Assembly: GCA_002269645.1 (NCBI GenBank)
Contig: NIVC01001716.1
Location: forward strand, 124,001 to 188,000
DNA: 64,000 bases
From: Macrostomum lignano
Lineage: Eukaryota
Direction of reading: 5' to 3'
A model generated the notes under the pieces. It searched no databases and had not been told where the DNA came from. It saw only the letters and a list, made by a program, of their open reading frames with translations. Both the position numbers and the translations under genes were made by a program. Shown piece by piece: positions 37,278 through 50,900 of this stretch; the stretch's first letter is position 1; each line of letters begins with the position of its first letter.

Positions 37278-37925
37278 TTGCTACAGGAGGGCAGTGCGAA
37301 AAGACGAGTAACGAGCGCTTACCAGCCTCAGACGAATGGACAAACTGAGAGGCTAAACCAAACGTGCCTCAGTCTGCTTCGTAAGGCTTGCAACTCCCCA
37401 ACTGACATTAACTGGGAACGGCACCTGGACGCAATCCAACTGGCTTACAACAGCAGGCGCAATTCGACGACTCTGGCTTCGCCTTTCAGTGCTGTTTTTG
37501 GCTTTAAGCCTCTGCTTGGAAGCGATGCGGCGGCTGCTCTCGGCCAGCCTGCGTCGTCTCCAGCATCAGTGCAACGACGATGGCTTGTGGAAAAAGAGCA
37601 GCAGCGCGCAGCTGTGGCCTCCAGGCTGGCGGACAGAATCAAAATTGCCCAACAGCGAATGCGGGAACGTCACGCGAGGATTGCCAAGGAAGTGGAGACA
37701 ATCAACCCTGGCATGCTTGTTAGACTTCGCAATTACCTTCGCGACGATCGAAAAAGCGGAAAACTTCTGTCCATTTGGAGCGACTTGGACCTAGTGTGGA
37801 GATGCGTGGGACTAAGCGTCTACCAGTTGACTGGCCTAAAGCGCTGTGTCAATGGAGTACATCTGAAGCGATGCAGGACGCCGGCCGAACCTTATAGTCG
37901 AATTGCTTCCCAAATATTTTGGTGA
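37278..37925 (+). mobile_element. Gypsy-type integrase C-terminal fragment
   Basis: TSAYQPQTNGQTERLNQT...WERHL..IQLAYNSRRNSTTLASPFSAVFG. Confidence 0.85.
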
Positions 37926-39161
37926 CTTTAACTAATTGATTTTTACCCATGCAAAGTCTTGCTGATATCAATTAGCTATCTAAGGCTGATCGTGCTTCTT
38001 AGAAGCTGTATTTTATGTTAGTTAAAAATAAAAACAACAATTGTCTTGGAATTCTTCCAATTTGGTACTTATTGCTTCTTTGCTTTGAAAATATTAAACT
38101 GACAAATTGTTCATTGATCCGGACTTCACAATCAGGATATCGCAAAGAAAACCTTAGTTTTTTGGCCAGATACTTCGTATTTCAATCTGCTTGTGACTTC
38201 CGTGGGGAGAGAATGCAAGTACTCCGGAGAACGCAAAGCAGCTTGAGAAATCTGGACCGGATACTTTAAGATGCTTGGAATATCTGGGGGAGATCAGAAA
38301 GCCCTTGCAATGTCCGGTTGGAGATCAGAAAGTACTTGCACTGTCTGGGCGGATAACACAAGACACGGATATCCGAAAGCATATCACCGGGATCTCGTCG
38401 TCAAGGACCACTAAAAGTTACCTGTACAATGGTATAACTTCTAGTGGTCATTGGACCTCGTCTTGGACCTAGCCAACAATTAAAGCATCTGCAAAGCATA
38501 AATGAGTGTATGTGAGGGTGTTAACATATACCAGTACGTATAATGAATTCATCTTGTTTATTTATTTATTAGGTCTAAAGCATCGCTGTCTCTTGATCCA
38601 TCCATATCCACTTTTGAGGTGCTGGTTGTGGCCACACACAGCGACTCCTGTATCGATATACTAAAATGAATCCATATGAATTTGTACAACAGGTACAGGG
38701 CATAATAATACATACATAAGTAGGCTTATGACAGAGGTTCAAACTGTGCACGTCATGCATAAAAAACTATTGATATAAAAAATGTTTTGTGAATTATCAC
38801 TTCTCTTGTGCTAAAACTGTACAATAATGTATAATTTGGCGATAATTTATTCGTTCAGCGATATGATTACATCAAATAATTTAATATCTGTTCAAATGAG
38901 CGTTCCAGTAATGCGTTTAATTGTGAGTTGAATCGTAAGAATTCAGGTGTAAATTCGAAGTTGTGAGTGTGGAAGAAAATATTAGTATAAGATTCCAATA
39001 GTTGCGATGGAGCCTAAGAAAATACTCGTATTTGGGCATTCAATAAACATTTAATTAGCGCATGCAAGAAACAGTGAAGGAACACCGAGGTTTGTAAGCA
39101 GAGGCAGAGGAAAACGGACTACTCGTATTCATAGTAGCTATCAGCATGGATTCAACTCTGT

Positions 39162-40024
39162 CTAAACAGTGCCTTCAGAATTCTTGCCGGACTCAATTCC
39201 AGCCGTGATGTCAACCTGATTCCGTTTCACACAGCAGCAGCCGCAGATGCGGGACAGCAGCCGGTCGTACGGCGCCAGAGAGCGCAGCGGCTCCGGCAGG
39301 AAGTCCCAGGTGCGCAGAAACTCTGGCAGCCAGTCGGGTCTGTGCGTCTGCAGCAAGCCAACAACGCCAGCTACCAGCATCGGTGCAACCAACAGGCCAA
39401 ACGCGACGTAGACGGCGGCGGTATGCAGCAGCGACAGGGCGAAGAACATCAGCGGTAGCAGCAGGAATGCAATCAGGATGTAGACGATAGCGAACCAACG
39501 ATAAGCGGCGGTGGCAGCGCCGAGCTTCTTTGCCAGCGCGATCGGGACGCGTTTCAGTAATGGCACTGGCAGCCAGATCAGCACGCCGAACAAGTTGAAG
39601 AACAGGTGCACCAGCGCCGTCTGCAGGCTGGAGTCGCTGCCGGAGGCCAGAGCGGCCAGCAGGCCGGTTGTGGTGGTGCCGAGGTTCGACCCCAGCGCGA
39701 GCGGGTACATGATTTCCACCGTGATCACTCCGGTGCCAACAAGAGGAGTCAGGGCTGACGTCAGTACAGATGACGACTGGACCAGTATTGTCAGACCGGC
39801 GCCAACCAGCAGCGATATGTAGTCCATGGCGAACAGCAGGCAGCGATTCTCCGTGCGTGTCACCCTCTCGATAGTCGTCTTGACTTTGCTCTCCAGCAGC
39901 GAGCGCAGGATTCGAACTAGGCCAACTAGGCAGCCAATCAGAGCGGCGAGCGACAAGGCCAGTAGGATGCCCCCAATGATGGCGTCCGCCCAGTGACCGG
40001 CAACTTCCATGAACATAAACTGGC
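39162..40024 (-). CDS. SLC34A: SLC34 Na+/phosphate cotransporter copy B, exon 3
   Basis: Intact frame with QSSS repeat motif and CCC tail; 863 nt. Confidence 0.93.
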
Positions 40025-40899
40025 CTGTTGCGTGTGGATGGTTTAAATAACAGGTATTTTGTGCGGAACTGATTAAGCAGAGATATAACGACAGTTTTGT
40101 GAATGTTGCTAAATAAAATTCGGTAGAGTAGATAAGCAGAAAGCAAAATAGGATGTCAGCCTAAGCACCGGAATGAAGTCCCAAGTAAAGTTCCGAATGC
40201 AATTAGTAGCTTGTGCTGAGCCCTTTATCCCCTGGGGAGCCCAACAAGTGACGGACCTGTATGGGATTTCTCATCCTTTCTAGTAGACTAGAATTCCTGG
40301 TCCCTGGTTTGATTCCGTGCCAAGGACCACTGAAGTCACTTCGTTAAACTTAAGTAGCCCTTGTTCCGTTCGTAGTCCCTTTCATAACTAGGGTTTTGAA
40401 TTCACAGCCAAGGACCACTGAAGTCACTTCTTAAGTAGTCCTTATTCACAGCCATGAGTACCAAGCTGTGCTCATACTCCCTAAGGAACAGACAGTGTAC
40501 ATCTCTTGACGATTAGAAAGTCAGGGCCGCTGTACACCCTGTGTGAGCGTGTGTATGAGTGCGTGCCTGCGTACAATATTGGGGAGCTTGTATGTCCTCA
40601 GAAGTCAACGGAACGGGCAGAACTGTCTCAGCGCTGGTTGTGGGACGATGTCGCTGGAATGCGTTGCGCCTACGGCCCTCCCCCGCAACGCACTTATACG
40701 CTCGTAAATGTTATGGCAGTCTATTTGGTGCAGTGGTTTACTCCAGTCTCCATTTGGGTGTGCTTAAGTTGACATCCTGTCCATTAAATGCTTCTGGATA
40801 TTGGATTAATTGCGTGGTGGAAAATCGCGTAGAACACGCTCTCCTACATGTATACTGTTGGTAGTAAATCAAGTTTTTCTCATGCGCGTTTAAACTCAC

Positions 40900-41692
40900 A
40901 TTTCTCAAGGCAGGTACTATTTGAGGTCTTGCAGCAGACTTTAATTAGCGTACTACTGTTCCGAAGAAGCTCCGGGTCCTTCAGCAGCTTGCTGTCCAAC
41001 CTAATCACCAGACCAGTGAACGGGGAAGTGATGGCTTTGAGAAAGTCGGGCGGTTTGTCCACATTGATGGTGCTGTTGGCGTTGCTGTTCACGATGAGGC
41101 CAGTCAGGCTGGTGAGGGCTCCGCTGGCCATCTCCAGGGGCAGCAGGACCAGCACAGTCAGCCAGTTGAACATGTCGTGCACTGTGGCACCGGCGAACGC
41201 GCGCTCGAGTTCTTCTCGGTCGCCGATCTGGCCCAGAGAGACAATCGTGTTGGTGACCGTAGTGCCGATGTTGGCCCCCATGATCATGTACACCGAGGAG
41301 CGCAGCTCCAGGATCTGGGCGCCGACCATTGTGATGATCAGCGAAGTGGAAGTTGACGAGCTCTGCACCAGGACGGTAAGCAGGACGCCCATCATCAGGC
41401 AGGCGACGGGGTTGGCGAACACGACGTTGTTGGACAGCAGCTCGCCAACCTGACGGCCACCGAGCAGGCGGAAGGCGGAGCTCATGAGGTCGAGTGAGCA
41501 CACGAAGAAGTACAGGCAGAGAAGCAGAGCCAGTAGTCGTAGGACGAGCAAAGCGACTCGGAGAGCTAGCGGTCTCTTTGACTGAGTCGACTCATCGGTT
41601 GATTCATCGCTCTGCTTTGATGTTGCCGCAATTTTTTTTCAATTGGCACTGGCTCGTCGAATATATCGGCTTGCTTGCAGATGGTCACGGTG
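40900..41692 (-). CDS. SLC34A: SLC34 copy B, exon 2 (1-nt frameshift in a T8 run at 41632-41639, possibly a sequencing error)
   Basis: Core motifs intact; the exon is 793 nt, one short of the in-frame 794. Repaired protein would be 558 aa. Confidence 0.85.
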
Positions 41693-41814
41693 CTGGAAAT
41701 TGTTGGGAGGGTTCATCAAAGGCTGAAACTGACTGCTTACACCTAAAATAGCTAGAGAACAGAAGCAAGCAGACCCCACAGAGACAAGGTGACCATCCAG
41801 GAGCACTAGGTTGT

Positions 41815-42030
41815 CGAATACTTAGATGCCAAGACTTATGGGGAATGCTGAGATGCCAAGACTCAAGGGGAATGCTGATGATGCCAAGACTCAAGGGGAA
41901 TGCTGAGATGCCAAGACTCAATGGGAATGCTGAGATGCCAAGACTCAAGGTGGGAATGCTGAGATGCCAAGACTCAAGGTTGGAATGCTGAGATGCCAAG
42001 GCTCAAGGTGGGAATGCTGAGATGCCGAGG
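41815..42030. repeat. About 27-bp minisatellite (GGGAATGCTGAGATGCCAAGACTCAAG), about 8 copies, SLC34-B intron 1
   Basis: Tandem units; single copy in the paralog at 25566-25589. Confidence 0.92.
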
Positions 42031-42097
42031 TAAAAGTTTAATTTCCGCTAAAGCCGCATTGGCCACAACAGCAGAAAAGGACAGCACTGATGCTTAC

Positions 42098-42117
42098 CTA
42101 TCAGTCGTTGATTCCAT
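42098..42117 (-). CDS. SLC34A: SLC34 copy B, exon 1 (MESTTDS)
   Basis: ATG plus 20 nt to a GTAAGC donor. Confidence 0.72.
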
Positions 42118-42654
42118 TGTGGCGTTGATGAGTTGAAGGAATTTCTTGGAGCACAGACGGTCTAGCAAATGTTGGAATTAGTTCCGCTTTTTTTGATTCG
42201 AGCACAAATCCGCAGGCTGTCGCATATTTATACCCAAGCCGGACGCCAGTGCTGCTTATCGTGTCCATTAGTGACGGGCGCACACAGGGGGTTTGCTCAT
42301 AAATTCTATGCAGGTAGCAATGCAATACGAATGGCAATCTGGCTAAGAGTTCAGTCACGCGGCACTCTCGTGGCCTGCGGTGCGGTTGGCCCAACACAAA
42401 TTGACCACCACAATCAGCAGATCGCCTTGGTATAAAGTGATTTCAAACACATATACAAAGTTCGATCCATGTCACTGGTGGCAGCGAGGCGCGCGCAGAA
42501 AACTTGGCGAGACTTATTAATTTTTTTCACACGCCATGAATTTTTACAAGCTAATAAGTTTTGGCGACACACCCACAGCTAGTGCAGAAACCGGAGTGCC
42601 AAGTGGTTATAGCTGGATATTGGCTTTTATGCTGCTTAAAAATTATCATTTATC

Positions 42655-43090
42655 CAGTCTGTACATTATCCTACATCCAGTATGCACATTATCCTACATC
42701 CAGTATGCACATTATCCTACATCCAGTATGTACATTATCCTACATCCAGTATGCACATTATCCTATATTCAGTATGAACATTATCCTACATCCAGTATGT
42801 ACATTATCCTACATCCAGTATGCACATTATCCTATATTCAGTATGAACATTATCCTACATCCAGTATGTACATTATCCTACATCCAGTATGCACATAATC
42901 CTACATCCAGTATGCACATTATCCTACATCCAGTATGCACATTATCCTATATTCAGTATGTACATTATCCTACATCCAGTATGTACATTATCCTACATCC
43001 AGTATGCACATTATCCTATATTCAGTATGCACATTATCCTACGCCCAGTATGCACATTATCCATATATCCAGTTGAAACATTATCCTAAA
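42655..43090. repeat. 23-bp minisatellite (ATCCAGTATGCACATTATCCTAC), copy-B specific
   Basis: Tandem units; absent from copy A. Confidence 0.94.
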
Positions 43091-43534
43091 TTTAGTAACA
43101 CATTTGCCAACAAATAGCCAACACATTAGCCTTTACCTCCCTTGTACATTACCCTCAATCTAAGCACATACACCCCAAAAGGTACATGTAGCTTGAACTT
43201 TCAATAAATAAATTTGCAAGCAGAGACAAATAAAATAAATTACCATTCGCACCTTCAGCCCCGTATTATTATACTTAAATCTTGTTTTCTAAACATGTGC
43301 ACCCAGTTGGAGTTTAGTCAGAAACAGGAAAATTGTGTTATTTATTGCCAGAAAAATAATTGCAGACCTACTCGTATTGCGCGCAGTTTCCACAGAGTAT
43401 TTTTCGCTGGCCTGGCACTTTACGATTGAAAAGCACAACAATTAAGCGAAACAATTCTTACCTTGCAGATTTTTATGACCAAAGAAATATTGTATTAACT
43501 TTAATTAATTTGCCTACATCTGGTATCGCATTAG

Positions 43535-44490
43535 CTTACATCAGGCATCACATTAGCCTACATCAGGCATCACATTAGCCTACATCAGGCATCACATTAG
43601 ACTATATCAGGCATCACATTAGACTACGTCAGGCATCACATTAGACTATATCAGGCATCACACTAGACTACATCAGGCATCACACTAGACTACGTCAGGC
43701 ATCACACTAGACTACGTCAGGCATCACACTAGACTACGTCAGGCATCACATTAGACTATATCAGGCATCACACTAGACTACATCAGGCATCACACTAGAC
43801 TACGTCAGGCATCACATTAGACTACATCAGGCATCACACTAGACTACGTCAGGCATCACATTAGACTACATCAGGAATCACATTAGACTACATCAGGCAT
43901 CACATTAGCCTACATCAGGCATCACATTAGCCTACATCAGGCATCACATTAGACTATATCAGGCATCACACTAGACTACATCAGGCATCACATTAGCCTA
44001 CATCAGGCATCACAATAGACTACATCAGGCATCACACTAGACTACATCAGGCATCACATTAGCCTACATCAGGCATCACATTAGCCTACATCAGGCATCA
44101 CATTAGACTACATCAGGCATCACACTAGACTACATCAGGCATCACATTAGCCTACATCAGGCATCACATTAGACTACATCAGGCATCACACTAGACTACA
44201 TCAGGCATCACATTAGACTACATCAGGCATCACATTAGCCTACATCAGGCATCACATTAGCCTACATCAGGCATCACATTAGACTATATCAGGCATCACA
44301 TTAGACTACATCAGGCATCACATTAGACTATATCAGGCATCACATTAGACTACATCAGGCATCACATTAGCCTACATCAGGCATCACATTAGCCTACATC
44401 AGGCATCACATTAGCTTACATCAGGCATCACATTAGCCTACATCAGGCATCACATTAGCCTACATCAGGCGTCACATTAGCCTACATCAG
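43535..44490. repeat. 21-bp minisatellite (TAG(A/C)CTACATCAGGCATCACA), about 45 copies
   Basis: Paralog of the array at 26055-26755. Confidence 0.96.
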
Positions 44491-44949
44491 ACAATAAACT
44501 TGCCCGATAAAGTTAGATTTACTCAAGAAACTCTATCACAGAAGAGTGCACCCAGACATACCGATAATAACCCAGATAGTGCAACTGACACAAGTGAATT
44601 CAACAGTTCAGTGCAAAGTTGCACCCCATGAATTCAAAAAATTTGCCCGATAAGATCGAGTCTCGAAAACTTATATAAATAGACTTCATAAGGAATTCAC
44701 TGTCGTGCAACACGAGTGTTTATCACGTTCATACATTTACTTTATTTAACTTTTTGAGGTTCGAAGTTAGAAAAAAAATTGATAAAACCTGCACAAATAC
44801 ACACGAATAACTGATGCAGGACCCTGCAAAGTTCGCTGGAGGCAAAAAATGAACATTGATAAGAAACGCTTGAATATATTTAAGGTTTTTTATCACTAAG
44901 TTAAATATATTGGTTCCATCAATTTGACTCGTAAGTTTATTTTTTGGCG

Positions 44950-47900
44950 GCGGCGTCCCTAACAAAGAGACGGCGTCCCCAAAACCAAGAAACACCGTCC
45001 AGAACCAAGAGACAGCGTCCCGAGAAATTAGAGACGGCATCCCCAACCCAGAGACAGCGTCCCCAACAAAACGACAGCGTCTCCAGAACTAAGATGCAGC
45101 GTCCCTATCCAAGAGACAGCGTCCCTAGAACTAAGAGACGGCGTCCCCAACCAAGAGACAGCGTCCCCAACAAAACGACAGCGTCTCCAGAACTAAGATG
45201 CAGCGTCCCTATCCAAGAGACAGCGTCCCTAGAACTAAGAGACGGCGTCCCCAACCAAGACACAGCGTCCCTATCCAAGAGACAGCGTCCCGAGAACTTA
45301 GAGACGGCGTCCCCAACCCAGAGACAGCGTCCCCAACCAAGAGACAGCGTCACTAGAACTAAGAGACGGCGTCCTTAATTAAGAGACAGCGTCCCCAACC
45401 AAGAGACAGTGTCCCAAACCCAGAGACAGCGTCCCCAACAAAACGACAGCGTCTCCGGAACTTAGATGCAGCGTCCCTATCCAAGAGACGGCGTCTCCAA
45501 CCAAGAGACAGAGTCCCCAACAAAACGACAGCGACTCCGGAACTTAGATGCAGCGTCCCTATCCAAGAGACAGCGTCCCCAACCAAGAAAAAACCAAGAA
45601 CTAAGATGCAGCGTCCCTATCCAAGAGACAGCGTCCCTAGAACTAAGAGACGGCGTCCCCAACCAAGAGACAGCGTCCCTAGAACTAAGAGACGGCGTCC
45701 CCAACAAAACGACAGCGTCTTCGGAACTAAGATGCAGCGTCCCTATCCAAGAGACAGCGTCCCTATCCAAGAGGCAGCGTCCCTAGAACTAAGAGACGGT
45801 GTCCCCAACCCAGAGACAGCGTCCCCAACAAAACGACAGCGTCTTCGGAACTAAGATGCAGCGTCCCTATCCAAGAGACAGCGTCCCTAGAACTAAGAGA
45901 CGGCGTCCCCAACCAAGAGACAGCGTCTCTAGAACTAAGAGACAGCGTCCCCATCAAAGACACAGCGTCCCCAACCAAGAGACAGCGTCCCCAACAAAAC
46001 GACAGCGTCTCCAGAACTAAGATGCAGCGTCCCTATCCAAGAGACAGCGTCCCTAGAACTAAGAGACGGCCTCCCTAGAACTAAGAGACGGCGTCCCCAA
46101 CCAAGAGACAGCGTCCCCATCAAAGACACAGCGTCCCCAACCAAGAGACAGCGTCCCTAGAACTAAGAGACGGCGTCCTTAATTAAGAGACAGCGTCCCC
46201 AACAAAACGACAGCGTCTCCGGAACTTAGATGCAGCGTCCCTATCCAAGAGACAGCGTCTCCAACCAAGAGACAGCGTCCCCAACAAAACGACAGCGTCT
46301 CCGGAACTTAGATGCAGCGTCCCTATCCAAGAGACAGCGTCTCCAACCAAGAGACAGCGTCCCCAACAAAACGACAGCGTCTCCGGAACTTAGATGCAGC
46401 GTCCCTATCCAAGAGACAGCGTCCCTAGAACTAAGACACGGCGTCCTTAACCAAGAGACAGCGTCCCTAGAACTAAGAAACGGCGTCCCCAACAAAACGA
46501 CAGCGTCTTCGGAACTAAGATGCAGCGTCCCTATCCAAGAGACAGCGTCCCTAGAACTAAGAGATGGCCTCCCTAGAACTAAGAGACGGCGTCCCCAACC
46601 AAGAGACAGCGTCCCCATCAAAGACACAGCGTCCCCAACCAAGAGACAGCGTCCCTAGAACTAAGAGACGGCGTCCTCAATTAAGAGACAGCGTCCCCAA
46701 CCAAGAGACAGTGTCCCGAACCCAGAGACAGCGTCCCCAACAAAACGACAGCGTCTCCGGAACTTAGATGCAGCGTCCCTATCCAAGAGACAGCGTCTCC
46801 AACCAAGAGACAGCGTCCCCAACAAAACGACAGCGTCTCCGGAACTTAGATGCAGCGTCCCTATCCAAGAGACAGCGTCCCTAGAACTAAGAGATGGCGT
46901 CCCTAGAACTAAGAGACAGCGTCCCCATCAAAGACACAGCGTCCCCAACCAAGAGACAGCGTCCGCAACAAAACGACAGCGTCTCCAGAACTAAGATGCA
47001 GCGTCCCTATCTAAGAGACAGCGTCCCTAGAACTAAGAGACGGCGTCCTTAATTAAGAGACAGCGTCCCCAACCAAGAGACAGTGTCCCGAACCCAGAGA
47101 CAGCGTCCCCAACAAAACGACAGCGTCTCCGGAACTTAGATGCAGCGTCCCTATCCAAGAGACAGCGTCTCCAACCAAGAGACAGCGTCCCCAACAAAAC
47201 GACAGCGTCTCCGGAACTAAGAGACGGCGTCCCTAGAACTAAGAGACAGCGTCCCCATCAAAGAGACAGCGTCCCCAACTAAGAAACAGCGTCCCTAGAA
47301 CTAAGAGACGGCGTCCCCAACCAAGAGACAGCGTCTCTAGAACTAAGAGACAGCGTCTCCATCAAAAACACAGCGTCCCCAACCAAGAGACAGCGTCCCC
47401 AACAAAACGACAGCGTCTCCAGAACTAAGATGCAGCGTCCCTATCCAAGAGACAGCGTCCCTAGAACTAAGAGACGGCGTCCCCAACAAAACGACAGCGT
47501 CTTCGGAACTAAGATGCAGCGTCCTTATCCAAGAGACAGCGTCCCTATCCAAGAGACAGCGTCCCTAGAACAAAGTGACGGCGTCCCCAACCAAGAGACA
47601 GCGTCTCTAGAACTAAGAGACGGCGTCCCCCACCAAGAGACAGCGTCCCCATCAAAGACACAGCGTCCCCAACCAAGAGACAGCGTCCCCAACAAAACGA
47701 CAGCGTCTCCAGAACTAAGATGCAGCGTCCCTATCCAAGAGACAGCGTCCCTAGAACTAAGAGACGGCGTCCCCAATCAAGAGACAGCGTCCCTAGAACT
47801 AAGAGACGGCGTCCCCAACAAAACGACAGCGTCTTCGGAACTAAGATGCAGCGTCCTTATCCAAGAGACAGCGTCCCTATCCAAGAGACAGCGTCCCTAG

Positions 47901-50900
47901 AACAAAGTGACGGCGTCCCCAACCAAGAGACAGCGTCTCTAGAACTAAGAGACGGCGTCCCCCACCAAGAGACAGCGTCCCCATCAAAGACACAGCGTCC
48001 CCATCAAAGACGCAGCGTCCCCAACCAAGAGACAGCGTCCCCAACAAAACGACAGCGTCTTCGGAACTAAGATGCAGCGTCCCTATCCAAGAGACAGCGT
48101 CCCTAGAACTAAGAGACGGCGTCCCCAACCAAGAGACAGCGTCCCTATCCAAGAGACAGCGTCCCTAGAACTAAGAGACGGCGTCCCCAACCTAGAGACA
48201 GCGTCCCCAACAAAACGACAGCGTCTCCAGAACTAAGATGCAGCGTCCCTATCCAAGAGACAGCGTCTCCAACCAAGAGACAGCGTTCCCAACAAAACGA
48301 CAGCGTCTCCGGAACTAAGAGACGGCGTCCCTAGAACTAAGAGACGGCGTCCCCAACCAAGAGACAGCGTCCCCATCAAAGACACAGCGTCCCCAACCAA
48401 GAGACAGTGTCCCGAACCCAGAGACAGCGTCCCCAACAAAACGACAGCGTCTCCGGAACTTAGATGCAGCGTCCCTATCCAAGAGACAGCGTCTCCAACC
48501 AAGAGACAGCGTCCCCAACAAAACGACAGCGTCTCCGGAACTTAGATGCAGCGTCCCTATCCAAGAGACAGCGTCCCTAGAACTAATAGACGGCGTCCCT
48601 AGAACTAAGAGACAGCGTCCCATCAAAGAGACAGCGTCCCCAACCAAGAAACAGCGTCCCTAGAACTAAGAGACGGCGTCCCCCACCAAGAGACAGCGTC
48701 CTCATCAAAGACACAGCGTCCCCAACCAAGAGACAGCGTCCCCAACAAAACGACAGCGTCTCCAGAACTAGGATGCAGCGTCCCTATCCAAGAGACAGCG
48801 TCCCTAGAACTAAGAGACGGCGTCCCCAACCAAGAGACAGCGTCCCTAGAACTAAGAGACGGCGTCCTCAACAAAACGACAGCGTCTTCGGAACTAAGAT
48901 GCAGCGTCCCTATCCAAGAGACAGCGTCCCTAGAACTAAGAGACGGCGTCCTCAACCCAGAGACAGCGTCCCCAAAAAAACGACAGCGTCTCCAGAACTA
49001 AGATGCAGCGTCCCTATCCAAGAGACAACGTCCCAAACCAAAAAAAGCGTCCCCAGAACTTAGAGACCGCGTCCCTAACCAAGAGACAGCGTCCCCAACA
49101 AAACGACAGCGTCTCCAGAACTAAGATGCAGCGTCCCTATCCAAGAGACAACGTCCCTAGAACTAAGAGACGGCGTCCCCAACCAAGAGACAGCGTCCCC
49201 AACAAAACCACAGCGTCTCCAGAACTAAGATGCAGTGTCCCTATCCAAGAGACAGCGTCCCTAGAACCAAGAGACAGCGTCCCCAACAAAACGACAGCGT
49301 CTCCAGAACTAAGATGCAGCGTCCCTATCCAAGAGACAACGTCCCTAGAACTAAGAGACGGCGTCCCCAACCAAGAGACAGCGTCCCCAACAAAACCACA
49401 GCGTCTCCAGAACTAAGATGCAGTGTCCCTATCCAAGAGACAGCGTCCCTAGAACTAAGAGACAGCGTCCCCAACCAAGAGACAGCGTCCCTATCCAAGA
49501 GACAGCGTCCCTAGAACTAAGAGACGGCGTCCCCAACCAAGAGACAGCGTCTCTAGAACTAAGAGACGCGTCCCCACCAAGAGACAGCGTCCCCATCAAA
49601 GACACAGCGTCCCCAACCAAGAGACAGCGTCCCCAACAAAACGACAGCGTCTCCAGAACTAAGACGCAGCGTCCCTATCCAAGAGACAGCGTCCCTAGAA
49701 CTAAGAGACGGCCTCCCTAGAACTAAGAGACGGCGTCCCCAACCAAGAGACAGCGTCCCCATCAAAGACACAGCGTCCCCAACCAAGATACAGCGTCCCT
49801 AGAACTAAGAGCGTCCTTAATTAAGAGACAGCGTCCCAACCAAGAGACAGCGTCCCCAACAAAACGACAGCGTCTCCGGAACTAAGAGACGCGTCCCTAG
49901 AACTAAGAGACAGCGTCCCATCCAAGAGACAGCGTCCCAACCAAGAAACAGCGTCCCCAAACTAAGAGACGGCGTCCCCAACTAAGAGACAGCGTCTCTA
50001 GAACTAAGAGACAGCGTCCCATCAAAGACACAGCGTCCCCAACCAAGAGACAGCGTCCCCAACAAAACGACAGCGTCTCCAGAACTAAGAGACAGCGTCC
50101 CTATCAAGAGACAGCGTCCCTAGAACTAAGAGACAGCGTCCCCAATCAAGAGACAGCGTCCCTAGAACTAAGAGACGGCGTCCCCAACAAAACGACAGCG
50201 TCTTCGGAACTAAGATGCAGCGTCCTTATCCAAGAGACAGCGTCCCTATCCAAGAGACAGCGTCCCTAGAACAAAGTGACGGCGTCCCCAACCAAGAGAC
50301 AGCGTCTCTAGAACTAAGAGACGGCGTCCCTAGAACTAAGAGACAGCGTCCCCATCAAAGAGACAGCGTCCCCAACCAAGAAACAGCGTCCCTAGAACTA
50401 AGAGACGGCGTCCCCAACCAAGAGACAGCGTCTCTAGAACTAAGAGACGGCGTCCCCAACCTAGAGACAGCGTCCCCAACAAAACGACAGCGTCTCCAGA
50501 ACTAAGATGCAGCGTCCCTATCCAAGAGACGGCGTCCCCAACCAAGAGACAGCGTCCCCATCAAAGACACAGCGTCCCCAACCAAGAGACAGTGTCCCGA
50601 ACCCAGAGACAGCGTCCCCAACAAAACGACAGCGTCTCCGGAACTTAGATGCAGCGTCCCTATCCAAGAGACAGCGTCTCCAACCAAGAGACAGCGTCCC
50701 CAACAAAACGACAGCGTCTCCGGAACTTAGATGCAGCGTCCCTATCCAAGAGACAGCGTCCCTAGAACTAATAGACGGCGTCCCTAGAACTAAGAGACAG
50801 CGTCCCCATCAAAGAGACAGCGTCCCCAACCAAGAAACAGCGTCCCTAGAACTAAGAGACGGCGTCCCCCACCAAGAGACAGCGTCCTCATCAAAGACAC

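Larger units (their letters stand above)
35785..44800. repeat. Segmental duplication copy B (paralogous to about 21465-27100)
   Basis: Begins CTACTAACAAAAACACAGGGTAGCCC as in copy A; enlarged by copy-specific TE and minisatellite insertions. Confidence 0.88.
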
